DNA of 64,000 nt from Antedon mediterranea (GCF_964355755.1 NC_092670.1:20570795-20634794); one strand, 5' to 3'. Counted from the stretch's first letter, positions 41,101 through 55,024 are shown. The notes: generated by a model from the letters alone, not told the origin. Program-made: numbers and translations.

Positions 41101-44100
41101 ACATAGTGATTAATGTGTATCCTGCAGTAATAGTTCTGCAGTATATGCCTTAGAATGGTACTAAGTTGCTGCAACAATTCATCTGTGTGCTGCAGTAGTA
41201 CTGTAGTATGAATCAGAATGTTACTGAAGTTGCTATATTAATTCATGTGTCCTGCAGTAATAGTTCTGCAGTATGCCTCAGAATGGTACTAAGTTGCTGC
41301 AACAATTCATCTGTGTGCTGCAGTAGTACTGTAGTATGCATCAGAATGTTACTGAAGTTGCTGTATTAATTCATCTGTGTCCTGCAGTAATTGTTCTGCA
41401 GTATGCCTCAGAATGGTACTAAGTTGCTGCAGCAATTCATCTGTGTGCTGCAGTAGTTTTGCAGCATGCCTCAGAATGATACTAAAGTTGCTGTATTAAA
41501 TTCATCTATGTCCTGCAGTAATTGTTCTGCAGTATACCTCAGAATGGTACTGACCTTGCTCTAGATATTCATCTGTGTGCTGCAGTAATAGTTCTGCAGT
41601 ATGCCTCAGAATGATACAGACATTTCTGTAGTAATTCATCTGTGTTCTGCAGTATTTGTTCTGCAGTATGCACCAGAATGGTACTGAAGTGTATAGTAAT
41701 TTTACTGCACGTCCTATAGTAGTTGTAGTTTAAAAATAAACTATATTTTCAAAATTGTGTCTAACCTTTTTATTATTTATAATCAAACAGTGTATAACTA
41801 TAACAATTGTATCATTTTTATAAATATACTACACTGCAGTTTTATAATATACGTCTCTAATTTTTAGGGAACACTTATCCGTATGTTTGACACAAGCAAC
41901 GGAGCATTGTTACAAGAATTCAGAAGGGGATCTGGAAGTGCTTCAATTTACTGGTATGTTTAAATTTTAAAGTAATTTTTCTTATTATAGGATGCGTTTA
42001 GGAAGCTTTGGTTTTGATAAGCTCTATTAACCATGAACAGGCTATTAGAATGTAAGCCATTATCTAGTCATAGACAAGACTATATCATTTTTCCAACTTG
42101 GTTAAGCTAGTTAACTAGGTAATGCAATTTTACTAACCTAAACTAGCATACAAAACCACATTAACCAGTATTATGTTGCTAATAAACCTGGTTTTTTAAT
42201 TTACCTGATCTTGGTTTACTGTATATACAACAATTGACATCATTCTAACAGGAAACATATTCACTCAAGTAGAAAGGAACAATTGAAAAGAAAACTTATT
42301 ATTGAAGCGGAAGTTTCAAACAAATGATTTAGAAACCATTACAAATATCTGTAAATTATAATGTGTATTATTTGGTAACAAAACATAAAAAAGTATAAAT
42401 AGAACACAGAGGAATTAGTTTATTTTAAATTGAGCTAAATGAATAGACAACATAACAATTAACAATTATTCATGGTTACAAATGTACATTTATTGTGGTT
42501 ATTATTGTTGTACAGTATTAGAATTTCTTTTATGAGGGGTTTTATTATTAGCTATTGCGATGTACCAAACATGAATCTAAAATCCAGATGTTCTTCAAAA
42601 CCTCCGAATGATCAATGGAAATTGAATTCTAGTTCTTGATTCTTTCAATTTCTTTAATTGAATACGATGGTCGACCATTAAAAGTTATTAGATAATGATG
42701 CGACCTTAAAGTTTTTTTTTTTTATAATTATCCCATTTCATACTTACTGTACGACTGATGAAGGTGTAATTAATTTGCATGATCTTTTAACAGGGATATT
42801 GTGTTCTTTAGTGCCTAGCTATTACTTACATATACATTTATTCATTTCTGTCAATTCAACAATAAAACAAAAATGGTAATACAGTATATATAATGAAACA
42901 ATACATACCATTAGTAGAGGATCTTGTAAGAACAACAACACCCATAAAAAAAAAGAAAAAATGCATTTGTATATAATAATCATGACAGTAAAAGTTTAAC
43001 GGTGTAATGCACTTGTCAATTGTATGACCCACTATACGACCCCCGGGAGAGGTGCGTCATTTGTCCGATGTGCGTCATACCTTTGAATACCATGACGCAC
43101 CGGTGCGTCAAAAATGTGACTTACCTTTAGGTGACCATGACGCACCCATTTTGACGCACTGTGACCATGTTGTTTATGATATGATGGGTGGTAAAGTGAC
43201 GGACATTTACACACCTTGTTCATTGATGTGACGTACCATCTAGGTTTTTTGACGCACCCCTGCGACAGTAATTATTTGTAAATGACGCACCCATGACGCA
43301 CTTCTCCCGGGGGTCGTATAGTGGGTCATACAATTGACAAGTGCATAATTCGAATATACAGTATGATAATAGGTAATTTTTAATTTCTTTACGAAAAGTT
43401 GAGATAGAAGAAGAGTTAACAACATTGCTATCTAATTGATTCCATATTAAAGGTCTAGAAACTAAGTAAAGTGGAAAGAACTTGTTAATCTTACAAAAGG
43501 AATATTAAACCTGGATATGCCAATAATAGTGGATTGGCCAGTCTGAAAACCACTGTTTGTTTGTAATATACAGTATTATCTTTGTATGTTAATACAGCAT
43601 AAGTTTTAACCAAGACTCATCGTTACTGTGTGTGTCCAGTGATCATGGAACGGTACATATCTTTTCAGTAGAAGATCCTAAAAAGAACAAACAATCAAGG
43701 TACAGTATTATAATTATTAATATTATTCTCAATTTAGTCAAACCAAGGATATCCAAGTGAGTTCTTTACTGTCATGTTCAAACATATACACAAGATGCTC
43801 TACATAAACAAAATAAAATAAGTCTTTGGGAAGTGGAGTTGTTTTTATATCATTGGAAACAATTCTGAAATTTGACAGGATTTGAACCCCGGACCCAAGA
43901 AGCATCTTAATCAACGAGCTATAAGTCCACTCTTAATAGTAATTCTGGATACATCCCTGGATAATAATAATAATAATAATAATAATACTAACACACCAAT
44001 ATTTGGACATGAACTCTGCTTGAAGATGCCTACTATAAACCTCTTTCGTCTTTTTCTCATCTTTACTCTATTCAACACTGTCACAAGGAAGTTATATGAT

Positions 44101-44797
44101 AACTTATTTTACATTATTACATTAAGCTCTGTCTACAAACTTTATGTGACAAAAAAATGTGATGTGCCCATATATGGACATGATGATGTCATATCACTAC
44201 CATATTTAAGCATATCACTACCATATTTCTATTACTACTATTATAATATAGAACATTCTTTGTTTCAATACAGCCTAGCATCAGCTAGCTTCCTTCCAAA
44301 GTACTTCAGTTCAAAGTGGAGTTTTTCAAAGTTCCAAGTTCCAAATAATGCACATTGCATTTGTGCATTTGGTGCCGACTCCAATTCAGTCATAGGTGAG
44401 ATCATCATTTAAATATTTTATTTCAATCAATATAGAGTAGAACCCCTCCTTTGGGACACCCCTATTCAGGAGACACCCTAGTTAGAGAACACTTTTCTAT
44501 AAAATGAAGGACAGTTAATACCCTTTAGAACACGAAAATAGGAGACATTAGTGAGCTTATACCACAAAACCAAATTGTACAGCCTTTGCCTATCAACACC
44601 TATTCAATTTGTATGCAAACCTGTATTTGTCCTGTTTTTACATCATTTATTGTGCTATTTTAAAGTTGGTGTAAAATTTTTATTTTGTAGCGGTTTGTGC
44701 CGACGGCAGTTATTACAAATTTGTATTCAACAGCAAAGGAGAGTGTAATCGAGATGTGTCAACTAACTTTCTTGAAATGACAGATGATAAAATATAA
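35108..44797 (+). CDS. WDR45B: WD repeat domain phosphoinositide-interacting protein 3 (WIPI3), 10 exons, 344 aa
   Basis: Exons 35108-35174, 39110-39184, 39832-39933, 40185-40272, 40406-40500, 40626-40816, 41868-41953, 43598-43699, 44274-44395, 44691-44797 (1035 nt); [46 protein letters not shown] lipid-binding motif, [23 protein letters not shown]. Confidence 0.97.
35250..36768. mobile_element. 1.52-kb non-autonomous TIR element, copy 1 of a tandem dimer
   Basis: 14-bp TIR TAGGTACGAGTCAA...TTGACTCGTACCTA; left flank ATATAGG (35243-35249). Confidence 0.9.
36770..38295. mobile_element. 1.52-kb non-autonomous TIR element, copy 2 of a tandem dimer
   Basis: Near-identical to copy 1 except poly-C length; right flank ATATAGG (38296-38302). 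Confidence 0.9.
38744..38928. mobile_element. PIF/Harbinger-like MITE with TAA TSD
   Basis: TAA|agggtctttcacacctgttc...gaacaggcgttaaagaccct|TAA. Confidence 0.8.
39764..39786. mobile_element. 23-bp near-palindrome with imperfect 7-bp TSD
   Basis: ATTGAAC|cacggaggaaatattcctccatg|ATTAAAC. Confidence 0.55.
40826..41700. repeat. ~59-bp minisatellite in WDR45B intron 6, about 14-15 copies
   Basis: gcagtatgcctcagaatggtactgaagttgctg..attcatctgtgtgctgcagtaatagttct units with alternating variants. Confidence 0.92.
43008..43345. mobile_element. MITE with ~43-bp TIR and TAA TSD (PIF/Harbinger-like) in WDR45B intron 7
   Basis: TAA|tgcacttgtcaattgtatgacccactatacgacccccgggaga...tctcccgggggtcgtatagtgggtcatacaattgacaagtgca|TAA; internal tgacgcac repeats. 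Confidence 0.9.
44125..44228. mobile_element. MITE family A copy, right end missing
   Basis: agctctgtctacaaactttatgtgac...catatcactaccatattt. Confidence 0.75.
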
Positions 44798-44830
44798 ATA
44801 CTGTAATTCTGTTTTGTTTCTGTATTCTAA

Positions 44831-44977
44831 AGCTCTGTCTTACACTATCAAACTTTATGTGACAAAAAAATGTATGGATGATACCACTACTATATTTGGG
44901 TATATCACTACCATATTTGGGCATATCACTACCATATTTGGGCATATCACACCTTTTTTGATAATGTAGACTGCGCT
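44831..44977. mobile_element. MITE family A copy in WDR45B 3'UTR
   Basis: TAA on both flanks; three 21-bp internal units. Confidence 0.85.
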
Positions 44978-45253
44978 TAACAAATCATATTTTTTAATAA
45001 GTGCCTTTTTTGATGCAAAATAACACGTTGTAGTTTAGCAGTAACTTCCCTCTGTCCCTTTTTTTTGACAGAAGTACGTAATATATTTTCAACATTATTA
45101 ATACATTATTAATACTCTACACGTCCTATATCCACTCCTCATAACGCACTCCACGTAGCAGATAAAGAACTAGAACTGATGATATATTTGTATGGAAATT
45201 TGAATGAGGCATTAATTTAGTTTTTAACTTTACATTCTTGAATGTCGCTGTTA

Positions 45254-45427
45254 AGCCCTTTCTACACTATCAAACTTTATGTGACAAACAAGTATGATGT
45301 GCCCATATATGTACATGATGATGTCACATCACTACCATATTTGGCTATATCACTACCATATTTGAGCATATCACTACCATATTTAGGCACATAACACTTT
45401 TTGTCAACCTAGTTTGATAGTGTAGCT
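45254..45427. mobile_element. MITE family A copy
   Basis: TTA on both flanks; three 21-bp internal units. Confidence 0.85.
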
Positions 45428-46957
45428 TTATTCATTCATTTTATCTTGCGTTGTTCAAGACCATTTCTTTCCAATCAAATTCAATGCAACAGTTTAAATT
45501 ATGATTTTAACATGTTTTTCCTACAATTAGTATTTTATTTTCAATAATTAAGATACAAATAAAATGCAAATTCATTAAAAACAAAATAATAATATTACTT
45601 TAAATGTTATATAAAGTACTACTAATACATAGCACACTAATCAAAACGCATGTATATTTTAAAATACCGTATTTTATTAATAAACAAATTATATGTTTCA
45701 TTAAAAAAAATATATTTTAGTGAGATTCGATCCTTAGCTGTTTACTTTTTCATGTATGTTTATCAATGTTATTTAGAATGAAATTTAATTTCAAAATACA
45801 GTAGTATTAGACAAAAAAGATAATAGGACCACATATATTTTGATATACCGTATTAAATAATAATAATTATTTTAGTTAGATATAATAAATGTAAAATAGA
45901 TGAGAAAATATGCGAGACTGGAAACTCTTCTGTACACTGATACTCTAAGAATTAATTAAATCTTTATTGTTATCTGGGATTTATATACAAATATGTCCAT
46001 AAAATAACTCCATATGTCCATAACAAATAGATGACTAGACACTTTCCTTGTTCATCCCACCAACTTATAGATGTACACCTATTATAATTTGATCAATACA
46101 CTTTTGTATTTCAAAAATGTTTTTAATTGACACATGTTTCATTTTTACATTTAGTGTATTCAAATACATATCTATGCAGTAACTTAATGTTATAATATGC
46201 TGCTGTATGGACTACTACAGTTGTAAAATAACAGTAAAGCCATGGTTTGATAAAATAGTGGATTATTTAAGTCTTGTAATTTCACAAGCTATTGGTAGTA
46301 CTATACAGTAGAGTACCTTGTTTATACAAGATAAACAGGAACCTTCATCAAAGCTAAATTCAATGGAGAGAAATGTATTCTGCATATGATGTGTGGGTTT
46401 GTAATAGTAATCTACTAATTGTGTTCATCTACTAGTTATGTTGGATTGTGCGTTCCCTTTCAATTGACATGTGGATCTCAAACCCTTTTTGATACTGTAG
46501 GTTTGATCTTAACTACTGTCAGTATATCTCTTCTCATCACATGATCTCGGAAAGGAGTAATCTTTAATTAGATGCAGTATTTTTGTGGTTTATGTTCAAA
46601 ATATATCGCTTCCAATTTCATTTTAAACAAATGCTGAAATTGCACATTAAACTATGAAATAATGCCGTATCACATTTTGCCAATGGTCAGTGATAAGTAT
46701 AATTATTTTGCTTTTTACTGGCTTATATCTGCCCAGTGATTAATTATATAAAAATGTATTAATTATTTTAATATTGTACATATTGTAAAAAATATATCAA
46801 AGGTCAAATGTGATTTCTTTTTCAAAAAAATAAATGAAATTAAAAACTTGTTATGTATATCAAATGAGTTTAAGTTTGTGTCGAACACTTACTCGGTCTT
46901 AAATTTAAACATGTATATGACACCTGAATCTGTTATCAGACCCATAAATAACTCTGG

Positions 46958-47390
46958 TTTTTTTCCACTAGGCTAGTGGGTTTAAGGTATCCATTTCTTT
47001 TCCACATTGGACTAGTGGGTTTACAAGGATACAAGGAAACTTTATTCATCCCAACTTGGGAAATTGTGTTGCTGTCTTATAACAATGCTGTAAAGAAAAG
47101 AGAAATGATAGGCATAACACATGTGTGATAATAATAATAACAAAAATAGTGTATTCGTAATAAATTCCCCTATCTTTGAAATCTTTCATTATAGTCTCGC
47201 ATGCCCCTTGGGAGGAAGGAGAGACGATGGCGTTCAGTGGATCCCCGTGGCGGCCTCAGTCTACCACTATCCATTTCTTTTCTAGTGGGTTTAGGACATC
47301 CCTTTCTTATCCACTAGGCTAGTGGGTTTCAGATATCCATTTCTTATCCACTAGGTTAGTTGGTTTCTTCAGATATCCCTTTCTTTTCCA
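46958..47390. repeat. ~35-bp minisatellite interrupted by a probable retroposon 3' fragment (~47023-47267)
   Basis: atccatttcttttccactaggctagtgggttt units; insert reads AATAAAgtttccttgtatccttgt on the minus strand. Confidence 0.7.
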
Positions 47391-48294
47391 TATGGCAAAA
47401 TTGGCCATATGAATGATCTAGGCCTATTAAACCACAAGGCCTGATCGTCTGTTCCTAATTTTAGCTAATACTGCATGCCTAACTGCTTGTTTTCAAAGTG
47501 GCGAGTGTTTTGAATATATGCCAAATTTACAAAGAAACAAAAACAACTCTATTTAGGACGTGATATCTTTTATTGGCCATTTGTCCACACACTAAATCAC
47601 TCGCAACTCAACGAAGCTGCCTCTCATAACATCGTAGGTGTATTAACACCTTTTAGTAGCACACTCAAAATCGATCACTTCCATTGTTCATAATGATCGG
47701 AGCTGCACCTTGGTATCTTAAAAGATGGAATTAATTATATTCAACAACCTAGTTCTTATTTCAATACAATTATTGACGGTGGTCCTTATGCTTTTATTAT
47801 AAATTTGTGGTCCATTGATGTTCAACCTCATTAAATGTCCATAACAGTTGTCCAGATTATCAAACCTTATCTTTGTATCTTATAAATTAGTAATTAAAAC
47901 ATGTGTAATGTATATTGGTCCTTTTCTTGCCTTACATTAAAATGTATTGACCATCAGTGAAATTAATTAAATTCTACCTGTCTGAAAATGGAATTACCTG
48001 GTTATCAGTGGAGTAACCTGGTTATCAGTTTTTAAATTAAAAATTGGATTAGTGAATTAATATCAATCAACAAATAGTCCTGCTAGTCATGCAACAATAC
48101 ATATCTTTCTACAAACAAATCACTATACATTCACATGGAAGATTAAATAAACTAAAGCTATTGAATAATAAAAGGAAGTCACAATTAAATATTTTCAGTT
48201 ACAATAGAAGATTTGTTGATTTTAATGTTTTTTTAAAAGGCAAACAACAATTGTTTGGTTTTGAGTTTAAAGATTAAATTTTAATAAAATATGT

Positions 48295-51200
48295 TTAGAG
48301 TTCATCTTTCTTCACTTCTTCTGTTTCCTCTTCTCCTTCATCACCTTCCTCATCACCTAAATCTTCCATCTCCTGAAAAATCAAAACGGATCAAATATTA
48401 GAATTTGTTTGTTTATGACATAGCAGATGTGTACCTCTCTTGTTCTTGCTTTGAGATGTAATCAAGGTGTCATTTGTTCCAGTACCTTTGTATTACATAG
48501 TGGATATCTGTATCTATAAAAACAGTAGTGCTGTTATTATTGCTTAGGTCGGTTGAGCCATGTTTAAGATGTCCATTTCTTTCCAACCCAGCTAGTGGGT
48601 TTAAGATATATATTTCTTTTCCACTAGGCTAGTGGGAGGATATCCATTTCTTTTCCAGTAGGCTAGTGGGTTTAGAATATCCATTTCTTTTCCAGTAGGC
48701 TAGTGGGTTTAATATATCTATTTCTTTTCCACTAGGCTAGTGGGTTTAGGATATTCCTTTCTTTTCCACTAGGTTAGTGGGTTTAATATATCTATTTCTT
48801 TTCCACTAGCCTAGTGGGTTTAAGATATCCATTTCTTTTGCAGTAGCCTATTGGGTTTAAGATATCCATTTCTTTTCCACTAGGCTAGTGGGTTTTGAAT
48901 GATTTTGTAGACTTACCTCATCTGATGGTCCAGATCCATCTTTACCACCACTTTCTATAAACTTGGTTAAACCTTCTAGAGTTCTTTCACCATTATAATC
49001 TACAACCTAGGAAAAATATATAAAGATATTAGCAAATGTATTCCACATGTTTACCACTAAGCCAATACTAATTATGTAACTTTGGTAATTGTTTATAATT
49101 AAGGACCAGCATTGTGATGTATGTGGGTACAAGGCCATTTTGTATTTTGCACCAAGACTGGTCCCATACATGGTCAGCCAGTATAAACATGTTTTGTGTA
49201 TAGCGTAGACATTTAATGGTGATCTCTCATTACATCAAGACATTCACATGGTTTCTTTTAGTACTGTATATAATTTGATTGAGCACTTACTTCATTAGTT
49301 TCTTTAAGGAAATATTTGAGGGTAGGGAAGCTTCTAATTTGAACATCTTCAAGCTCGTTAGTTGTTGAATCCATCTTAGCAATTACAATATCATCGCTAC
49401 TTTCAAACTTTTCTGCTAATTCATCATATATTGGAGCGAGTGCTTTGCAGTGACCGCACCATGGTGCATCTACATGACAAATTAATATTTAAACTTTAGT
49501 AACAGACAACAATTCTTGAAATTAATCACATAAACCTATTTATACTATGTAAAGCTGTCTACACTTTGTGACCAAAAAATGCATGCACCCACATATGGAC
49601 ATGATCATATCATGACTATATTTGGGTATATCACTACCATATTTGGGTATGTCACTACCATATTTAGGTATATCACTACCATATTTGGCTATATCACTAC
49701 CATATTTGGGTATATCACTACCAGTACTTACAAAATTCTACAAGTACATTCTTTGTTGTATCATATGCAACATCAGCAAAATTCTTTCCTACTAGAACTT
49801 TCACTGGGTTCTTATCCCAATCTTCTGGGATTTCTTCAGTCATAAGATGGGGCTAAAAAGAGAAAGAAAATCATCTTAAGTATTTAAATATTATTATAAT
49901 ATATAAACCTAGAATATGATTAGTACAGTACAACCTCTATTAAGCTATGTCTACACTATCAAACTCGATGTGCCCATATATGAACATGCTAATGTCATAT
50001 CACCACATCACTACCATATTTGAGCACTTTTTAGTCAAACTAGTTTGATAGTGTAGACAGAGCTTTTGTGTCTCCTGAATAGGGGAATGGCTGTAGCTTT
50101 TTAACATACTGTATATTAACAGCCCCTCATTTCATCTGTCCCCCAGAAGAGAAGGATTCTACAGCATTTCAGATACTACATTTTCAATAAAGCCTTTTTT
50201 CTATGCAACATTTACTCATTATTTCAGTATGAACACACCTTGAGATCTCCAGATTGGTAGCTTGCTACAAATGTCTTTATGTTATCTGTTGTAAGATCTT
50301 CGAAGTCTGGTTTATACTTTTTCATGTCACCGTCCAATGTGATGAGGCGGATTGATGGCAGTTCATCTTCTTTCAGGCCAAAGTACTCAAGTATACGGCT
50401 GTTGGTTTCAACGGCAGCATCGATGAATACAAACAATACCTATACAAAAATAATTAGGATGTTCATTGAATCATTTCATTATTCAAATAAAAAAAAACTT
50501 TTGTCTATATTTATAAACAGTAATAAAATTTGAAATGTGTTGTTTGATAAACTAATAAGAAACACAAGTTTAGGACAAGTAAACATTTAAAAAATATCAA
50601 ATTATGAGACAAGACTCAATGCCTACCAACTCAAGTACAAATAACCGTTCTTACTTTTCCTTTGAAGTCACCGGCAGCTGCTTTGAAGTTATCGTATGTG
50701 GTTTGGTAATGGTCAGCATCTTTCTTGACAAAGAGAAGAAGGTGGACTTTGACGGCACCTCCGAAAATCTTTTGTGCAGACTGTAAATAAAAGTATATAC
50801 AAAATTTAGCATAAATAACACTGGAATTATGCTGCTTGTGTACCAATTATTTATTTGGCATTCTGGCGCGGGAGTCGCAAATCAGGAACCACACTGAAGG
50901 ACGTGCAGAAAGTTTACATTAATTCTGGAATTATGCTGTTTTTGTACCAATTATTATTTTGTATTCATTTGGCATGCTGGCTTAGGAGTCGCAAAAGCAA
51001 GGACCTCACTGAAGGACGTGCAGTTCCCTATCATCAGTAGTCTTGTTACAATACTAACCTGTTCCGTGAATTCAATGACAAGTGGAAGACTGTTTTCAGT
51101 GACGAAGGTAGAGATGGCTTCAGAGTTGTATTCACCATCATATACTGCTTTCAAATCATCAAACTAAAAAAATTAATAAGATTTGTATAATTAATTAATA

Positions 51201-54200
51201 ATAATCAATTTTACTTGCTTGGCTGCTATTGTTTCTTCATATGGTGTAAAATTCAGTTCAGTTTCAGTTGTATTTCACAGAGCATATTACACTATATATA
51301 CATTTATACTTATAAGTAATAATAAAACATTTGATTGTGTGTGGAGATTACAATAGGCCATAATGGTTATATTTAGGAGAGCTTCCCATACTTACATTCT
51401 TGAGAAGAACAATGCCACTGTTGCCAGTAACCTCATAAGTGGTCAAGAGTTCTGCATTACTGGTCATGCCAAATGGGATGTCGTCCATTCCACCGGCAGC
51501 TTCTAAAAATGCTTTGGCTTCTGCGCTTTCGATATCCTTGAAAAGACCAATGACAACTACTTCTTGGTCTTTACGCAACTTCTCTACGTCATCAGCGGAT
51601 TCAAGAGTTGTTGCTGGTGGTCCGGTCTTCTTTTTAAGCCAGTTGATGATCTCCTTTGTTGTTCTTCCACCTTTAATAAATCATTGCATTACAAGTAATC
51701 TTAGAATAAATTCTAATTTAATTATTTCAAATTAAAGTTTAAAAAGTTAATTATATCTACCTCCATACTCAGTTGCTTTTCCGTTTCGGAAGAACTTCAG
51801 AGTGGGATAACCTCTGACCTCAAACTTGGCAGCCAAATCTGAGTTTTCTGTAGCATCAACCTTGCCAAGTTTAATTTCTGAGCCTTCTTTCTCAAGGTCC
51901 TGAGCAGCTTTGGCATATTCTGGTGCCAATGCTTTGCAGTGGCCACACCATGGAGCATCTACCAAAAAGAAACAAATATATTATTATTTATACTGAATCA
52001 TTTCAAAGATTGAGTGATTTAAAAAAAGCCACAAACACAAAGCAAACTGCACGAATCCATATGGCTAAACTCATTTTGTAGATTTACTATCTATTCTATT
52101 GTAGCGCTACTTACTAAACAAATCAAAACCACAAGAGCACTCCCATACAATTACTACTCTAATGCATTTCCACAAGGAGAAAAAATAATTAAATTAAAGC
52201 CAAGATAAAGATCTGATTAATACAGATTATGTTCACAATATGGCAATTTTCACGCTTCAGTAATTACTGAGGTTATTATACGTGGCAATTTCAAATGTAT
52301 GTGAATGTAGTGTGACCCTGTCCACATGGTGGTAATGTACAAATAATTGCTTAATTATTACTAATAATAATAATAATAATAATAAGCAGATGTTGAATAC
52401 AACTTGTTCATCTTTTGTTTGAATGAAAGAAGAAAAAAATTGAAATGTTTGATGTAAACTGACTTTATTATAAAAAACAAAAATTACATTTTAATTAAAA
52501 ATTATAAATGTTGAATTATGAAAGTATACACAATATAAATAATAACCAGCTGGTATATACAAGCATATGGAAGTTAGCAAATATTGATTGTTGTTATCAA
52601 TGGACTGGTAAACGGCTTAGCAATTAAGGATGGCAATTAAAGGCCCTTCCCCAGTGTACTCAAGGAAGGTGCTATTACTCAAGCAGAGGAAGGTGCTACT
52701 ATTCAAGAATGAACAAATATGATAGGCTAGGCTCATGGTCTTTTACTTATTGACCTTGAATCTCAATGAGTTAATTACAGTATCAAACTGCAAATATAAT
52801 AAGGTTAAACAAACATTTCCAAAAAGCAACTTTTATAAGAAATTACCCTTGCAGGTATTATAGAGGACCACCAAATCTGTTCAGGAGAGATACACTGTAT
52901 TGTCCCCGCATAAATGAACAAAATTCTGTTGATCAACAACAATACATGTTTTGAAAATGTATTACGAGTATCAAGTGACAATTCAAAATACTAGATGATT
53001 CACGCCTTATTTATAGCAACTAAAAGGATACATCTGATTAACCAAACAATGCAATAATTTGTCGAACATAATTTGAAGATTTAAAGAACAATAACTGGAT
53101 TTAGAAAAGAAGAATAGCGAATTGTTCAACTGTGTTGATAGAGCACATGGAGTTATAAATGATAACAAGTACTTATATCCTGTTCTCAAAACTTCTGATC
53201 TACTATCTAGGTCCAGCACAAGGCCACTATCTTAGTATCTTAGTAAAGACACATGTAACTAATTGATTTCAATCTGTATGGAATGTTCATTCATGTATAC
53301 AAATAATTGTTATATTTTTTTTTTACTTTCGTTTTTGTTTTAGAGAAGCGAGTGTATTCTTGTATTTGGTTTAAAGTTACTGTCTTTAAAAGATTGGACT
53401 CTTTCACCGTTTCAAATTATCTTATAAACCTACATATTATTATTACATTTTTAAAAAATGGATAGCTTTATATTATAGTTCACTTCCAATCCAAGATTCC
53501 TGGTTTCAAGTCTTTGATCAAAAGTTAATACAACAAAAATAAAAAAAAGTTATTGTGCAAATCATTCAAATCTTGCATAATAATATTAACTGTGTAGGAG
53601 GCAAGTACATGGCAATAATAATTACGCCGTGGTTAGGATTCCGGCACCGGAACTCAACTGCCCAGCGTTAGGGAATCCGACACGCTATTGCGCATGCCCA
53701 GAGCGAGGTAATCGGCGACTCTACATACTTCAACAGCGATGGATCATTTCATAGCTGCGCCACACGGCGAACTAGCCTAGATGCCTACTAATACTACGGG
53801 ATCCACTAATCTAGGCTAGGTCTACCAGTTAGACGTGACCAGTGGGGCCTATTTATTTTGTAATTAAAAAGTGGTTGCTTCATTCATATATAAACTTTAT
53901 ATCATTATCAATTATATAATTACATGACTAGTTTTATGATTTTTCATAACGCATTATACTGTACATAACAACATGCAATCACAAGTTGATTTGTTGACGG
54001 CAGCCACCGCGTGGATGTGAAAAAACTGTTCGGAAAGTCAGGGTCGCAACGCTAAAAACAGCATTACGATTCTTAGATAGATACTGATACTTATTAATAT
54101 CATTATAATTATTTTAACGCGTGGCGTAGTATTATTTTAATTATTAATTAATTCATTCATGTATGGCATAGGCCAAGTTTCATCCATCGCTCTCTCGCTC

Positions 54201-55024
54201 GCGCAACGACTATTATTATATCTGGGCTACAGTAAATCCCTATAACACTCCGACTTTCTCTGTGGTGTGTGTGGCACTATATATTAGTGCAAGCTATAAT
54301 TCACTTCCCAGAGCTCTGGGCATGCGCAATAGCGCGTCGGATTCCCTAACGGTGGGCAGTTGAGTTCCGGTGCCGGAATCCTAACCACGGCGTAATAATT
54401 ATGATGGTAATATAAATATTTTATTTTTAAAAAGGTTTTTACTTTAGTGCAATGGTATACGATTCAGTCGGTTCTTTGAGCAATTCATAAAAGAAACTGT
54501 AATTACAATGCACATCTTATTCGTATACAGTACTAAACGTTTTTAATGGTAATGTATACCACCACCAATCATATGCACTCATTTAACACCTCATCATCAA
54601 CCCCCCACATTGATCATTCATTGTCACATTTTGACATGACACCAGATTGATCACACGCAGGGCGGCTCAAAGCAAGGAATCATCTTCTGTGGCTGCTGAA
54701 AACCTCTACCTACACATTTTTTAAGCCTATCAAGCATTTATAGTAAATCTCTAGGCACAGGCTTAGATAATTTTAGGCGATAAGCTAGGCCTAGCCTAGG
54801 CCCAGTTCATTATAAATATCAACAAGCGACTTTTTTGAAAAATGAAATCGCTCGATCGTCGAGGCCCGAGGCTACTTACAGAATTCGACTAAGATAAATT
54901 CGGTTGAATCAATTACTTCTTGGAAGTTTGAATCTCCAAGCACAAGCACTCCTTCTTCTTTAGGAACATCTTCTGATAATGCAATGCTTGCAAAAGCAAA
55001 AATTAATAGCGTAACAGCCTTCAT
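48295..55024 (-). CDS. P4HB: Protein disulfide-isomerase (PDIA1), 10 exons, 505 aa
   Basis: Exons 55024-54880, 51958-51761, 51670-51396, 51163-51059, 50780-50655, 50439-50239, 49852-49732, 49469-49291, 49006-48917, 48372-48295 (1518 nt); signal peptide [17 protein letters not shown], two YAPWCGHCK sites, acidic tail ending KDEL*. Confidence 0.97.
48570..48897. repeat. ~35-bp minisatellite in P4HB intron 9, about 9 copies
   Basis: atatccatttcttttccactaggctagtgggtttaag units, same family as 46958-47390. Confidence 0.92.
49553..49722. mobile_element. MITE family A copy with expanded internal 21-bp array, right end missing
   Basis: About 6 copies of tatcactaccatatttgggta, ending beside a P4HB splice donor. 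Confidence 0.8.
49943..50064. mobile_element. MITE family A copy, apparently nested in an older CAGTA-ended element (~49926-50164)
   Basis: agctatgtctacactatcaaac...gtttgatagtgtagacagagct; outer ends cagtacaacct / ggattctacag. Confidence 0.75.
50815..51020. repeat. ~103-bp tandem duplication in P4HB intron 4
   Basis: ctggaattatgctg..taccaattatt..ggagtcgcaaa..cactgaaggacgtgcag occurs twice. Confidence 0.8.
53623..54394. mobile_element. 772-bp non-autonomous element with ~82-bp TIRs in P4HB intron 1
   Basis: tacgccgtggttaggattccggcaccggaactcaactgccca..gcgcatgcccagagc mirrored at 54312-54394; ATAAT on both flanks. Confidence 0.9.

Noticed and set aside
43882-44412. 176-aa ORF
   Set aside because: Read-through of intron, AAT repeat and MITE into WDR45B exon 9; only 44274-44395 is coding
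49579-49845. ORF with ITTIFGY repeats
   Set aside because: Translation of the 21-bp MITE repeat, antisense to P4HB
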